Below, piece after piece: positions 25,501 through 37,000 of a stretch of 64,000 nucleotides of DNA; the stretch's first letter is position 1, and each line of letters opens with the position of its first letter. The notes under the pieces were generated by a model, which saw only the letters and a program-made list of their open reading frames with translations, was not told where the DNA came from and searched no databases. The stretch covers positions 10,508,633 through 10,572,632 of the forward strand of contig OZ037769.1 of NCBI GenBank assembly GCA_964035545.1, in the 5' to 3' direction. The stretch is from Bugula neritina. Taxonomy: Eukaryota; Animalia; Bryozoa. A program made the position numbers and the translations under genes.

Positions 25501-27044
25501 TTGTAACTCTTTGGGGAGACGACTTCTGTTACGAGATCTACGGCTTTTAGGATGAGAAGATAAAGATACGTCTTCCTCTACACAAAGCATAAAGGAAGAT
25601 CTTCGCAACAAACTCCAGACACAGTAATTGCTATTAAAATGCAAAAGCTGAGTGTTAAGAGCAAACTTGAGCCTAATAGGTGTGACTGTAGCTTCAAGAA
25701 CATCAGTGTGTAGGTTAATAGACCCTTTTCAGAGATCTCTAATTTTCTCTTTACAATTAAGAGTTGTGCCCTCCCAAAGTGAATAAGTTGAACTTTTGTA
25801 TAAAGAGCAAACCCATTAAAAATTTAAAGTTTGGCCGCTACTTAAAATTATAATTATGCTATAGCATTGTTCTTTTAGGGTAGATATTTTAGTAGAAGCA
25901 CACATATTAGCAATTCAAAAAAAAATTAAAAATATTTCTTCATGGATAATTTTGACAAAAATAAACTTGAAAGCATTTATGTGGTTTTGATTACTGAGCA
26001 ATGCTGAAGTGGTACTTCAGCATTGCTCAGCAACCAAAATCACAAAAATGAGTTCAAGTCTATTTTGCTTAATAAATTTAATTTTGAGAGACCACAACTC
26101 TTAATTGTAAGGGGGGACATTGGGGACCTCTGAAAAGGGTCTATCAAAATCTAGTTTAGAAAAAGATGGCACCTATGAATGAGCTGAGACTAGATAGTAG
26201 ATGAATGAATCTGTGAGACATTATCATTCCACTAACAACAACTTGGATTCAATATGACTTTAAACTTGGTGAACTACAAGTTTGCCAAAAGATTGCTAAG
26301 TCATTCTTTTTGTCCACATTAGTTCAACTTAGTAGATGGTTTGAGGTATTTGAAATTGTAATTCAAGACGCTCAAGAAAATATGCAAATATAATTATTTA
26401 CCTCCTTGATCTATTAGATTTTGGTTCTTGGAGTTATTTACCAACATCTGAATAACTTCATCTACCTTGTGTGGCTGATTGGCTATGTTTGAGGTAGAGG
26501 GTGTGGCATACTTAGAAGGATCAACTAAATATTAGTAAAATATTGTATTAATACAGAGCGCCTGAATAATACCTTTTGAATGCACTGTAAAGTCAATGAC
26601 ATTAAAAACAAGATTGCAGTAATAACATATCTCTATGTGGACAACTAAAAAATATATTATTAACTGTGCAGTTTTTGAAATAGGCAATTTAGAGCCAAAA
26701 TGATCACATTGATAGTTGCAAAACACAAATGGTAAAAAACCTTTACTGAATAATTTTAGATTTCAGCTTCAACTAGACAGAAAAATATTGATTGTTTTCT
26801 ACTACTTTTAAGGAAGTAAACTAAAGCAACATTGCTTTAAATACACAAATAATTAACTTCTAATAGCCCAATTTGAAAAAGATGTTGACAGTAGTTGGAT
26901 TATAGATTGCTTATCTGATTTTCAATTCTAACTTTTACCTCCAATAAATTTCAGGGTGTTTTCACTGATGCCTCCATATTCAACATCAAACTCTGCATCG
27001 CTGCCACTATCACTATCACTCAGGGCATAATCAGCAGTTGCCAT
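13554..27044 (-). CDS. GTF3C3: General transcription factor IIIC subunit 3 (TFIIIC102, TPR protein), about 18 coding exons
   Basis: Recognisable segments: RSRLPKELQGLMGEANLMFARG (about 25415-25578), TPR exons (VWLKYSECLSALG, about 20414-20600), YLKLRGECQESFYNIG (14361-14552) and C-terminal DLRRDAAFNLSLIYKASG (13554-13750). Probable ATG at 27044 in exon 26938-27060. Confidence 0.92.
13740..13992. repeat. 32-bp minisatellite, 8 copies, duplicating the last GTF3C3 splice acceptor
   Basis: Unit CATAGCTCTACCTGTAATACATTATATTACTA at 13740, 13772, 13804 ... 13964. Confidence 0.92.
14056..14212. repeat. 21-bp minisatellite (CTACTATCCTCACCCCCTGTA)n
   Basis: About 7 copies visible. Confidence 0.9.
16690..17146. 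repeat. 21-23-bp minisatellite (TACAGTATAATACATTAGATATA)n
   Basis: About 20 copies visible. Confidence 0.93.
17330..17660. repeat. 21-bp minisatellite (TACTTACTGAATAATATGTAA)n
   Basis: About 15 copies abutting a GTF3C3 donor at 17668. Confidence 0.92.
17888..18436. repeat. 21-bp minisatellite (TATTATACACTATACAGTCTG)n
   Basis: About 26 copies; this explains the repetitive ORFs called here. Confidence 0.95.
18651..18873. repeat. 20-bp minisatellite (ATAACCTAGTCTGAGTTGAG)n
   Basis: 11 copies visible. Confidence 0.95.
20650..20972. repeat. 28-bp minisatellite (TATACTATATACTTATACATACGCATAT)n
   Basis: About 11 copies visible. Confidence 0.93.
21026..21272. repeat. 19-bp minisatellite (ATCAACACCATGTCACACG)n
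   Basis: About 13 copies visible. Confidence 0.92.
22654..22858 (+). mobile_element. tRNA-derived SINE, copy 1
   Basis: A-box-like GTGGTCTAGGGG, B-box GGTTCGAATCC, and a body shared with three other copies in the window. Confidence 0.8.
25721..26141. mobile_element. MITE with about 60-bp TIRs, TA flanks and an internal hairpin
   Basis: TA|GACCCTTTTCAGAG...TTACAATTAAGAGTTGTG on the left; CACAACTCTTAATTGTAA...CTCTGAAAAGGGTC|TA on the right. Internal palindrome at about 25962-26060. Confidence 0.8.
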
Positions 27045-27692
27045 TGCAGTTATATTTCTTCTGAATTACAGAAGAAACAACTATAACGCTAAGTGCGGTA
27101 GCTGATTTGATTTCATCAAACCAAATGAAACACCACTGCTACAGCATGTCAATAAAACTTCGCATAAAATATTGTTGGAAATAACATTGCCTTGTTACAA
27201 TTGTCATCTTTATCTACACAATAAAATGTCAAGCTTAAAATTTATAAATAATTGTAATGGTATTTACTATTATTAATTATTCATTCAAATAGTAATTAAA
27301 CCAATGGCAATAGTGTTTCTTTTATGTAACACTATGACTAACAGAGTTGGTAGCCTAATTTTAATTTACAATAATAATGTAAAACATTACTTCTAATTTC
27401 AATTTGATTATAAATATAATCAAATTCAATAAAAATAATATTAAATTTATGATTTAATAGTTGTAGCATTACAATTTCTATAGCTATTGCCTATTAGTAT
27501 TATCGTTAGTATAAGCATTAGTATGGCTATCACTATGAGTATGAGTATGAGTATAACATTAACTATTATCAGGTACTTAGATTTAATATAATTATAAAAC
27601 TGTGTGTTTATAGCGCACGGTTACATACACACGATTCTCTAGCGAACCTTCTTATAGTTGCATAAAAGAGACCAAGATTCTAGTTGTCCGTG

Positions 27693-28715
27693 ATGGCTGG
27701 TGCCCGGAACACTCAAAGCCAACCACAACCAGGATCACAACAGTCTCAAAGTGACAAAAACAAAGACTCAACCAACCCAGAATGCAAAACTTGTAACAAT
27801 GTCGATTGCTATGTTACTAACACAAGGGGCCTTTCTCAAAAATTTGGTGCCAAGTGGATCCAATGTGATTTTTGTGATGATTGGTTCCATGGTACCTGCC
27901 AAAGCCTCACCAATTCAGATGTTGCTACGCTAGACAAAATGGATGAAAAGAATGTGAAATGGTTCTGCAACACATGCCTTCCAGTCATTGAAGCTTCTCT
28001 TCAAGGCCGAGACAGGGTGAACAACAACGGTGAAGACTCTCTTGCGCTTCACAGCACCCACTCAAGAAAGCTTAATAAAATTGAAGACATAATGCAACAA
28101 ATTAATGCAAAGATTGGAGCAACAAACACTGCCCTTGAAGAAAGAATGACAAAACTAGAGAAATCATATGCCGACGCTGCAAAGTCAAATACTGAAAACC
28201 TGAAGAAAGGGATGGAGATCAGCGACAGTGCTCGAAACCTGCTGAAGAAGAGTATTGAACAACGGGAAACTGAAAACAGGAAAAATAATGCCGTTCTTTA
28301 TGGCATAGATGAACGGGAAGGTAAAAGCGCACTGGAGATGATTAAAGACTTAATGACGAGTGATACTTTTCATGCAACTCCGAAACCCCTAAGAGCAATA
28401 CGCTTACAGACCTCAGGACCAGTTGACAAAAACAAACCAAGGCCGATTAAAATAGAATTTCCAGACGAATATTCAAAGTGGGAATTCCTAAAAAGAACAA
28501 ATGCTACACTACGTAGACGCAAGATCTACTGCAAACTTGATGAATGCAAAGAGATTCGTGACCAGCAGTATGCCCTTCGGCAAGAGATAAAGCGAATGAA
28601 AGGGGAAAACAGTGACACTGACCAAGAAACTGACTATCGGATAAGAAATATGAGAATACAGACAAAATCCCGTTCGGGGGAATGGCGATACATGACCAAA
28701 CAGACCAGTGTTTAA
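27693..28715 (+). CDS. LINE ORF1: PHD finger, coiled coil and RRM-like region
   Basis: CKTC...WIQCDFCDDWFHGTC...WFCNTC (C4HC3); RKNNAVLYGIDE and RPIKIEF motifs typical of LINE ORF1. First ATG at 27693. Confidence 0.9.
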   Translation: MAGARNTQSQPQPGSQQSQSDKNKDSTNPECKTCNNVDCYVTNTRGLSQKFGAKWIQCDFCDDWFHGTCQSLTNSDVATLDKMDEKNVKWFCNTCLPVIEASLQGRDRVNNNGEDSLALHSTHSRKLNKIEDIMQQINAKIGATNTALEERMTKLEKSYADAAKSNTENLKKGMEISDSARNLLKKSIEQRETENRKNNAVLYGIDEREGKSALEMIKDLMTSDTFHATPKPLRAIRLQTSGPVDKNKPRPIKIEFPDEYSKWEFLKRTNATLRRRKIYCKLDECKEIRDQQYALRQEIKRMKGENSDTDQETDYRIRNMRIQTKSRSGEWRYMTKQTSV

Positions 28716-31456
28716 AATTCTTTCTTGCCAATGTGAGATCTCTCAAAGGCAAAACTATTGAACTATCATCACAAACATGTAATTCCGACATAATCTGCCT
28801 GACTGAGACACACATAAATCAGATGATACCAAGTCACACCATCTTTGATTATAACAACAAAAGGATCTACAGAAAGGATCGTAATGTAAATGGGGGTGGG
28901 GTCTTAATTGCCATTAATGACAACCTGCGCTCTACCCAAATTAACATAGAAGATAAAACTAGTGCTGAGATCATATTTGTAAGAATAGAGGAGAGCTTAA
29001 TTGTCGGATGTTACTACAGACCCCCACATGATAGAGATGTATCCATATTGAGTAGCAACCTAGAATTATTAACTCAACATTTCCCCAATGACCACATCAT
29101 CTTAGCCGGGGATTTCAATCTCCCTCACATTAATTGGCACACTTATCAACCCACACTGAAGGCCCAGGATAAGGTCCTTCATAACTCATTCCTATGTATG
29201 TTGAACTTCTATAACCTAAGTCAACTAATAACCTCACCAACCCACATTCATGGCAACACGCTCGACTTACTTTGCACCAACTCCCCCCAAGACTTAACAT
29301 CCCAAGACGTAATCTTCCCAGGGCTAAGTGATCACGCCATGATAAAAGCAAATATCCGATGGAACAAAGCAAAAGACCACCATATAGTAACCTCTAAAAC
29401 TGTCAAAGATTACCACAGAGTAGATATCAACAAATTCCGGGAAGATATGCAAAGAACTAAACATGACCTAGATGAATTGGAAGATGTACAAGAAATGTGG
29501 GATCATTTTTCATCTAGTCTACAACAGGCCATATGTGACCATGTCCCAACGAAAGTACTGTCGTCTAAGCTTAAAAATGAACCTGTTTGGTTTAACAAAG
29601 AGTGTAGACGGATATCACGTAAAGAGAGGAAAAGCTATAATCACTACAAAACAAACCGGGACTTATTCAGTTATGCGAAATACAAGGAAATCCGGAAAAC
29701 AGCCAAGAAAGTCTTTAGGATGGTAAAAAGTGAATATGGTCACAATAAAATCATCCAACCACTCCTAGAAGGCAACAGTAAGCCCTTTTACCGGCACCTC
29801 AAAGGAATCTCAAATAACAAAAATCGCATAAAACTCAAAATGACTGATGGTACCCTTAATGCAGATCCAGAAAACTGTGCGGAAACCTTCAACAAATTCT
29901 TCCACTCCCAGTTCAACAGTGGGCACCAACTGACATCACTTGGTCCCAACTCAACAAACATAGATAATCCACCAGATATCGACAGCAATGGTATTGCCAA
30001 GTTAATACAGAAACTCAAGCCTGGAAAAGCTCCAGGTCCAGATGGCCTGAGGAAGGCAGATCTGATGGTTGATCTCCCACTAATATCCGCTTGTCTTGCG
30101 ATCATATACAAAACCTCTATGAATCAACAGAAGCTCCCCACCCAGTGGAAAGAGGCGTATGTGACCCCTGTCCATAAAAGCGGTGCAGAGGATTGTGCTC
30201 AAAACTATCGACCCATCTCACTCACTAGCATCCCATGTAAAATGGCAGAACATCTCATTCTACGTAAAATACTTGCCAACGTTGACAATGTACTGAGCAC
30301 AAGACAACACGGCTTCCGCCAGGGCTTATCCTGCGAGACCCAATTATGTGCCACTCTCCATCAGATACTGAACTATGTCGATAAACATAAGGCTGTTCAC
30401 GCAGCAGTCCTAGATTTTACAAAAGCATTTGACCGGGTCCCCCATGCCCTTCTAATGGAGAAACTACGAACAATTGCACCAATGGAAGACTATCTGCTCG
30501 GATGGGTACACAACTTTCTCCTAAACCGATCTCAGAGGGTCGTACTCGATGGCAAAAAGTCAGAACCACTGCCAGTGACGTCTGGGGTACCTCAGGGCTC
30601 TGTGCTCGGCCCCATACTGTTTCTCGTGTTCATAAATGATCTCCCTGACTGTGTTGATTGTGAAGTTGGTCTCTTCGCAGATGACACCCTCCTCTACCAG
30701 CCTGTCTCAGATGACCAAGACAGACTAAGGTTTCAAAGGAACATAGATGCAGCAGGAAGTTGGACTTCAAAGTGGGGTATGGAGTTCAATGTTAAAAAGA
30801 GCAAAATTATGGCATTCAAAGAGCAAGATATACCAGCACACTACAAGTTAAATGGCTTAGTTCTAGAACAGGTGGACAAATCAACATACCTCGGAGTGAC
30901 TCTACAGGCCAACCTGAAGTTTGATAATCATATCCAGAGCAAAATATTGCTAGCAAACAAACAACTGGGGATGATCAAAAGGGCTTTGCACTGGGCACCC
31001 GAAAAAGTGAGACTCATGGCTTACAAATCCCTATGCCTTCCTCACCTAGACTATGCTTCTGCTGTTTGGGACCCCTATACTACAAAAGAAATAAATTCCA
31101 TCGAAGAGGTACAAACACGGGCAGTAAGAGCCATAGCTAACATCAAGGGTAGAAGAGGAGTGCGAGAAGCAAAAGAAAGACTGGAACTGGCCGCCCTCGA
31201 TGAAAGAAGAAGAACTCAACGGCTAAGACTCCTTATGAGGATACTCCAAAAGGAAGAATATCACCCAGCACTCTCTGCAGCGTATGACGAACTAATAAAT
31301 ACCCCGGAAAGTTTTATCCAAACTAGGGCCCAAACACTAGGACAGCCAAGATCAGTCAGCACCAATAATAACTGCTATTATAACAGCTTCTTGCCACGAA
31401 CAATCCGTGACCTTAAAGGGAACAATCCATGCAAGACTAATTTACACACAGAATAA
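28682..31456 (+). CDS. LINE ORF2: APE endonuclease and reverse transcriptase
   Basis: Endonuclease NVRSL, LTET, GDFN, SDH; RT KAPGPDG, YRPISLTS, GVPQGSVLGP, FADD; C-terminal SFLPRTIRD. Confidence 0.96.
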   Translation: MAIHDQTDQCLKFFLANVRSLKGKTIELSSQTCNSDIICLTETHINQMIPSHTIFDYNNKRIYRKDRNVNGGGVLIAINDNLRSTQINIEDKTSAEIIFVRIEESLIVGCYYRPPHDRDVSILSSNLELLTQHFPNDHIILAGDFNLPHINWHTYQPTLKAQDKVLHNSFLCMLNFYNLSQLITSPTHIHGNTLDLLCTNSPQDLTSQDVIFPGLSDHAMIKANIRWNKAKDHHIVTSKTVKDYHRVDINKFREDMQRTKHDLDELEDVQEMWDHFSSSLQQAICDHVPTKVLSSKLKNEPVWFNKECRRISRKERKSYNHYKTNRDLFSYAKYKEIRKTAKKVFRMVKSEYGHNKIIQPLLEGNSKPFYRHLKGISNNKNRIKLKMTDGTLNADPENCAETFNKFFHSQFNSGHQLTSLGPNSTNIDNPPDIDSNGIAKLIQKLKPGKAPGPDGLRKADLMVDLPLISACLAIIYKTSMNQQKLPTQWKEAYVTPVHKSGAEDCAQNYRPISLTSIPCKMAEHLILRKILANVDNVLSTRQHGFRQGLSCETQLCATLHQILNYVDKHKAVHAAVLDFTKAFDRVPHALLMEKLRTIAPMEDYLLGWVHNFLLNRSQRVVLDGKKSEPLPVTSGVPQGSVLGPILFLVFINDLPDCVDCEVGLFADDTLLYQPVSDDQDRLRFQRNIDAAGSWTSKWGMEFNVKKSKIMAFKEQDIPAHYKLNGLVLEQVDKSTYLGVTLQANLKFDNHIQSKILLANKQLGMIKRALHWAPEKVRLMAYKSLCLPHLDYASAVWDPYTTKEINSIEEVQTRAVRAIANIKGRRGVREAKERLELAALDERRRTQRLRLLMRILQKEEYHPALSAAYDELINTPESFIQTRAQTLGQPRSVSTNNNCYYNSFLPRTIRDLKGNNPCKTNLHTE

Positions 31457-32257
31457 TCTAAACATTGACAGGTTAACTTACCTGTACTAATAAACAATAT
31501 TGCAACACACACTGCAACCAATTTATGGACTATTGTATGTATTTTACTTTCTGACCAACCATAAACATATGAGGCATGCCGCTTCTGCTACCTAGTGGTC
31601 TAGCATGATCGTAATCTGGAGGTAACTGGAGGTAACTATTAGTATTAGTCGTACTCATTCTCATTTACATTGTAATTTGCTTTGAGTCTTAGCTTTACGT
31701 TAGACTTGGTTATTACTGATTACTTACTCTTAGTCATTACGGATTACTCATTAGACATTACTCACCAGTCTTAGAGTTAGTATAAGTAAGCATTACTATT
31801 ACTATTACTGTATTAGTATAAGTATTACGATTACACTTGGGGTAAGACTTAAGACTAAGAGTTAGTGGCTTAGATTGGTAGTAGTCAGTAGGCGTAGCTC
31901 AAGCTGTTAGTGCTAGACTCAGGGCCAGGCTCAAAGTCAAAGTAATGAAAGACACTGAAATAAGTTTATTTATTACTATCACTATGACTATGAGTATGAC
32001 TATGAGTATGAGTATCACTATCAGTATCAGTATGTACTCAGACTCTCACTCTCAGAGTAGAGTATAGGCAACAGCAATACGTATAATATCATATTTGTAA
32101 TGTGAAAAATTATTGCAATATCAAGTGTATTGCTATTGTCAGTGTGATTGTCGATTGTGATTGTGTTAGTGTGCGCCTACAATTAATACAATAATATTAA
32201 TATTATATTTATAACTAAAGATCTAGTAGCAGTCACATATGGCTTTTTTAAATTAAC

Positions 32258-32450
32258 CTCGCTACTATTGTTTAGTAGTTTGAGCAATCGGCTTGCTAAT
32301 CGGCATTTTCCGACTAGCTACCGCTGTAGTGCTTTGCGAAAGTATTTTAGAACTTCATCTCCGTATCTAAGGTCGAACATAAAGAATTGGTATCACTGTC
32401 CGTATACCATTAACTGTCCACACGTTTTAATTCCAATAGCTTTAGGTCAG
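32258..32450. promoter_or_regulatory. Putative GTF3C3/ELOC bidirectional promoter with non-coding first exons
   Basis: Local CpG-richer island bounded by a minus-strand donor (GAG|GTTAAT at 32257) and a plus-strand donor (CAG|GTAAGC at 32451). Both genes' ATG exons are preceded by acceptors (27061 and 38392), so each needs an upstream exon. Confidence 0.55.
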
Positions 32451-33304
32451 GTAAGCACCAATATATGATACTTTTGATTAGTGAGCAACTAAAAGGCAGT
32501 CGTCAACCCATGTCAGTAAAAATCAGTGTGGTTTACTTTTAGTTTTACTAACACTAACAGTTCAACTTTTACTTTTACTGAGTTTTAGATAATCATCATC
32601 ATCATGGTGATGATGATATTCATATTAAATTTAATTATCATTATCATTATGACATTCAGTATTCACATTATAATTATCATTGTGATCAATATCGATATGA
32701 TATTGAATGAATAATAATATCGGTATCACTATCAGTATGAATATGCCTCTGGGCTCTGAGTCCGAGTATCAGTATGAGTATGAGTATGAATATCAGTATG
32801 ACTATGAGTATGAGTATCACTATGACTATGAGTAATAAAATATGAGTATCAGTATGACCATGGTCACTTGCCAAGGTGATGGTGACACTCATAATAATTA
32901 CAGTGATTTGTCACTACTCTGACACTAACTGTTGGTGTTACCATATCTTGTCTCTTGATATTAGTGGAAGTTGCAGTCCAGACAGCCCTGAGCCAGAGCT
33001 ATGCCTATTTCTTTGACTGACTTGATAACATATTGATATTTATCATTGATACATATACTATTCTTACTTATAGTTATAATAAATCTCATAGTTATACTTA
33101 TATTTATAGTAACATTATAGTAATACTAATAGTTATATTGTTATGGCTGTTGAGTTATGCCTATAGTAAATATAGTTGAGTTAGGCTTAATGTTATACTC
33201 ATTCATATTGACTAAGTAAGTGCCATACTTACAATGATAATCATTTTGCGTTACTCTTACTAATAGCTTTAATACTTATATAGCAAAAGCAATATAACTG
33301 AAAA

Positions 33305-33491
33305 TACTCGTGCATGTTTATAGTCACCATCCCTGTGAAATACCCCTGATGGAAGGGGTTTTGTTAAAGCGTGCTAAGGACTCATTCAGATGGGGCACAA
33401 AAGTAATTGTGACTGGATAGTCTTCCTAATATCACCAATAGCCTTTGTCCGGGCTCGAACTCATGACTTCGGGCTTACTAGGCAAACGCTC
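33305..33491 (-). mobile_element. tRNA-derived SINE, copy 2
   Basis: Reverse complement matches the copies at 22654 and 45149 (GAGCGTTTGCCTAGTAAGC...GAGTTCGAGCCC...AAAGGCTATTGGTGAT). Confidence 0.8.
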
Positions 33492-33810
33492 CCAAAAGCA
33501 ATATAATTGGACTTAAACCTTTATTGTTTTTAAATAATTCAATTGTTTTTTTCCCTTTTTCGTCAACTACCTCTTTAGGTTTTCAAAAAGTTTTAGATAG
33601 CTTTAAATTGTAGTTTCTATTTCCGATATTAGGCTGCTTTTTCATTTGACTTGGTTCCCTTCATTCAGATAATAGTAGGCAGTTGTAATTTTTGTGGGCT
33701 TATCCTAAAACTGTTAAAGCCTTTTGCCATTGTCTAGTTTCTGCTATGAAAAAATTCAAATGCTAGATTTCATGTGACCAACTTTTAAACTAGATTTAAT
33801 AAGTAATAAT

Positions 33811-34042
33811 TGTTCGGTGTTCATGTAAACATTTATTTCTAATTTGTTATTTTATTATTTTACTATTTTTTGTCATAATCTTAATAATTAATTGTATCAC
33901 TTATTGTAATAGTTTTAGTATTTTCGTATATATATATTGTGGTAATAAATCACGGCTTCGGCCTCTTACGTTTATCAACTAACTCGAGCACGTTCTGTCT
34001 TTTCACGATAGCTGAAATAATATCACAAATCAACATAAAACA
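33811..34042 (+). repeat. 5' LTR (232 bp, TGTT...AACA)
   Basis: Identical by eye to 38079-38310. TATATATA followed by AATAAA at 33944-33949. Confidence 0.95.
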
Positions 34043-34086
34043 TGGTGCCCCGAGTCTAATTATTATTAATATTACACTGAAATAAC

Positions 34087-37000
34087 ATGGAGCAATTACT
34101 AGCGCCAAAACCATTAGCAGATGGACCGAATTTACCTGAGGAATGGAAGATTTTTAAACGTGACTTCGAACTTTTTTTAACTGCCACATCGAAAGATACA
34201 GCCGAAGGCAAAGTGAAAACTGCATACCTACTTAGAACTATCGGTCGCCGAGGCAACCAAATATACGACTCTTTCAACTGGACTGACAACAATGACAAAA
34301 CTGACTATGACAAAGTTGTGACGCAGTTTGATGACTACTGCAAACCAAGAATAAACTTAGTGGCTAAGACTCACTCACTACTGACTTGTAAGCAAGGAAA
34401 TAGAACTATTGACGAATTTTTGACTGAACTACATACCATTGCAGGACTATGTGACTTAAAAGACATGTACAACCGACTGATACTACAAGCACTGATACTG
34501 GGAATTGAAAGTGACAAGATTAGAAAGAAACTGTTTGACTTGACTGACTTTGACAAAGCAATTGAACTCTGCAGACGAGAAGAAGCATCGGCTATTGACT
34601 ACAAGACTATGACTAAGGATAACACATATGGACTCGAACAAGTGAACTTGGTAAAACATAGACCTCCGACTCATCAATATCACTCTAATGACACTCGTAA
34701 CACTGATAAACACAGAGGACAACTTTCACACACTCACTCTCAGCCCAACGTCAGAAAATCAGTTGGTGCTTCTAGGTGTGGAAACTGTGGAGGCAATCAC
34801 CCACCTCGAGCATGCCCAGCATATGGGAAACAGTGCAATCATTGCAAGAAATTTAACCACTTTGCTGCATACTGCAGGTCACGCATGCATCATTATCGCG
34901 ACTCAACCGAAACAGCCAATCAAGTCACCTGGAATTACTCTTCAGACAGTGACTCTCAACATGTAAGTACTATCTCCACTACTGTACGAGATCGTAAATT
35001 ATTAGCGATGCTCACTGCTAAGCAAGCAGATACTATTTATGACATTGAATTCCAACTTGACACTGGTGCATCATGCAATACTTTGAATACGATCGACTAC
35101 GACAAGCTAGGTAGACCGAAACTTACACCGACTGATACTGTACTAACTTTATATGACCAGAGCAAGTGTGCACCACTAGGGTGGACACGGATACAGATAC
35201 TAAACAAGCAAGGATGTTACACTACATTAAAATTCCTAGTTGTGGAAACCACCCAACATAGCTTGCTGTCATGGAAATCATGTTTGCACCTGGATTTATT
35301 ACAAATGCCCAGCACCAAAAGCGAGAATGTAAACTTTGCCACTACTGACCCAGACCTTCAGACTTTACTGACTAACTTTGATGACATATTTACCGGACTT
35401 GGAAAGTTTGAACAGGAATATAGGATAGAGCTAAGACCTGAAGCTGTACCAGTGCAAGTCCGACCGCGGAAGGTGCCCTTGTCGATGAAATCAGATCTCA
35501 TCAAGACTATTCTTGAACTAGAACAACGTCAAATTATCGCTAAGGTAGAAGCACCTACAGACTGGATAAGCCATCTACAACCAGTGCGCAAGCCTAATGG
35601 AAAGATACGCATCTGCATAGATCCGCAAAATCTCAATCAAGCAATTAAACGAAACCACGCTGTCATGCCAACATTGGAAGATGTTTTGCCACAACTCAAC
35701 GGTGCCAAGTTTTTCTCCTTGTGTGACGCCAAAGAAGGTTTCTATCAAATTCCCCTAGCTGAGGAATCTACAGACTTGACAACTTTCTGGACTCCCATAG
35801 GAAAGTACAAGTACCTAAGGCTACCCTTCGGAATTGCATCAGCGCCGGAGGAGTTTCAGAGAAGGCTCACGGAAAATCTTGCTGGTCTTGATGGCATCAC
35901 CATAGTTGCAGATGACATCCTAATTTTTGGAAGCACAAGGAAAGAGCATGATAGAAACCTTGAAGCGCTCTTCAAACGTGCTCGACAGACAGGACTGAGA
36001 CTGAACAAGGAAAAATCCCGCTTCCTTCAGGACGAACTACCTTACATTGGACACATACTGACGACTAATGGACTTAAACCAGATCCTAACAAAGTAAAAG
36101 CCATTCTTAAGATGAAACCTCCCTCATCTCCACAGGGAGTAAAACGATTCCTTGGTCACATCACATACATGTCAAAATTTATTAGCAACCTTGCATCGGA
36201 ATCTGAACCATTACGACGTTTACTGACACAAGACAATGCTCAAGACTTTCACTGGACTGACGACCAAATGAACGCTTTTAATAGACTGAAGACCTTACTA
36301 ACTGACTCAGAAACTCTACAATACTTTGACTGCAACAAGCCAGTAACTATACAAACTGACGCTTCAAATGCTGGTGTGGGTGCAACACTCATGCAAGGAG
36401 GCAAGCCTGTAGCATATGCATCTCGCAGTTTAACAAAATCGGAACAGAACTATGTGCCACTAGAGCTTGAGTGCCTTGCCATAGTGTTTGGCACTGAACG
36501 CTTTGACCAGTATATCTTTGGTCACCATGCTGTCACTATCCAAACTGACCACAAACCCCTTGTATCTATTTTCAGGAAATCCATTCATAAGGCATCTCGG
36601 AGGTTGCAGGCTATGCTTCTTCACTTACAAAGATACCCCAACATTAAGGTAACTTGGCAAAAGGGTGCTGAACAGATCACGGCTGACTTACTCTCAAGAG
36701 ACTCATACTTTGACTCCCCCAACTATCAACAACTACCAGAACACATTTTTCACATTGACTCTCAAAATAATGATGCTCCTGTTTGTGACGACTTAATTGA
36801 CAACATTAGGACTGCTACTGCACAGGACAATGAACTTATGACACTGACAAACCTTATTAAACATGACTGGAACATTGCCAACTGCACAACTCACGACAAG
36901 TACAAACACTTTCAGGACGAACTATCTATTGACAATGGCATTGTTTACAAAGGACTAAGAGCCATTATTCCAAAGACACTCCAGAGAAAGTTTCTCCAAC

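Larger units (their letters stand above)
27569..31632 (+). mobile_element. Full-length non-LTR retrotransposon (CR1/L2-group LINE)
   Basis: Two intact ORFs and a 3' tandem repeat (CTGGAGGTAA)x2. Candidate 9-bp TSD TAACTATTA at 27560-27568 and 31633-31641. Confidence 0.92.

Noticed and set aside
28682-28715. Programmed -1 frameshift between LINE ORF1 and ORF2
   Set aside because: TTTAAAA is not phased as X XXY YYZ in the ORF1 frame, and ORF2 has its own ATG.
31560-31640. This LINE as the mobilising partner of the SINE
   Set aside because: No visible similarity between the LINE 3' end (CTGGAGGTAA repeats) and the SINE tail.
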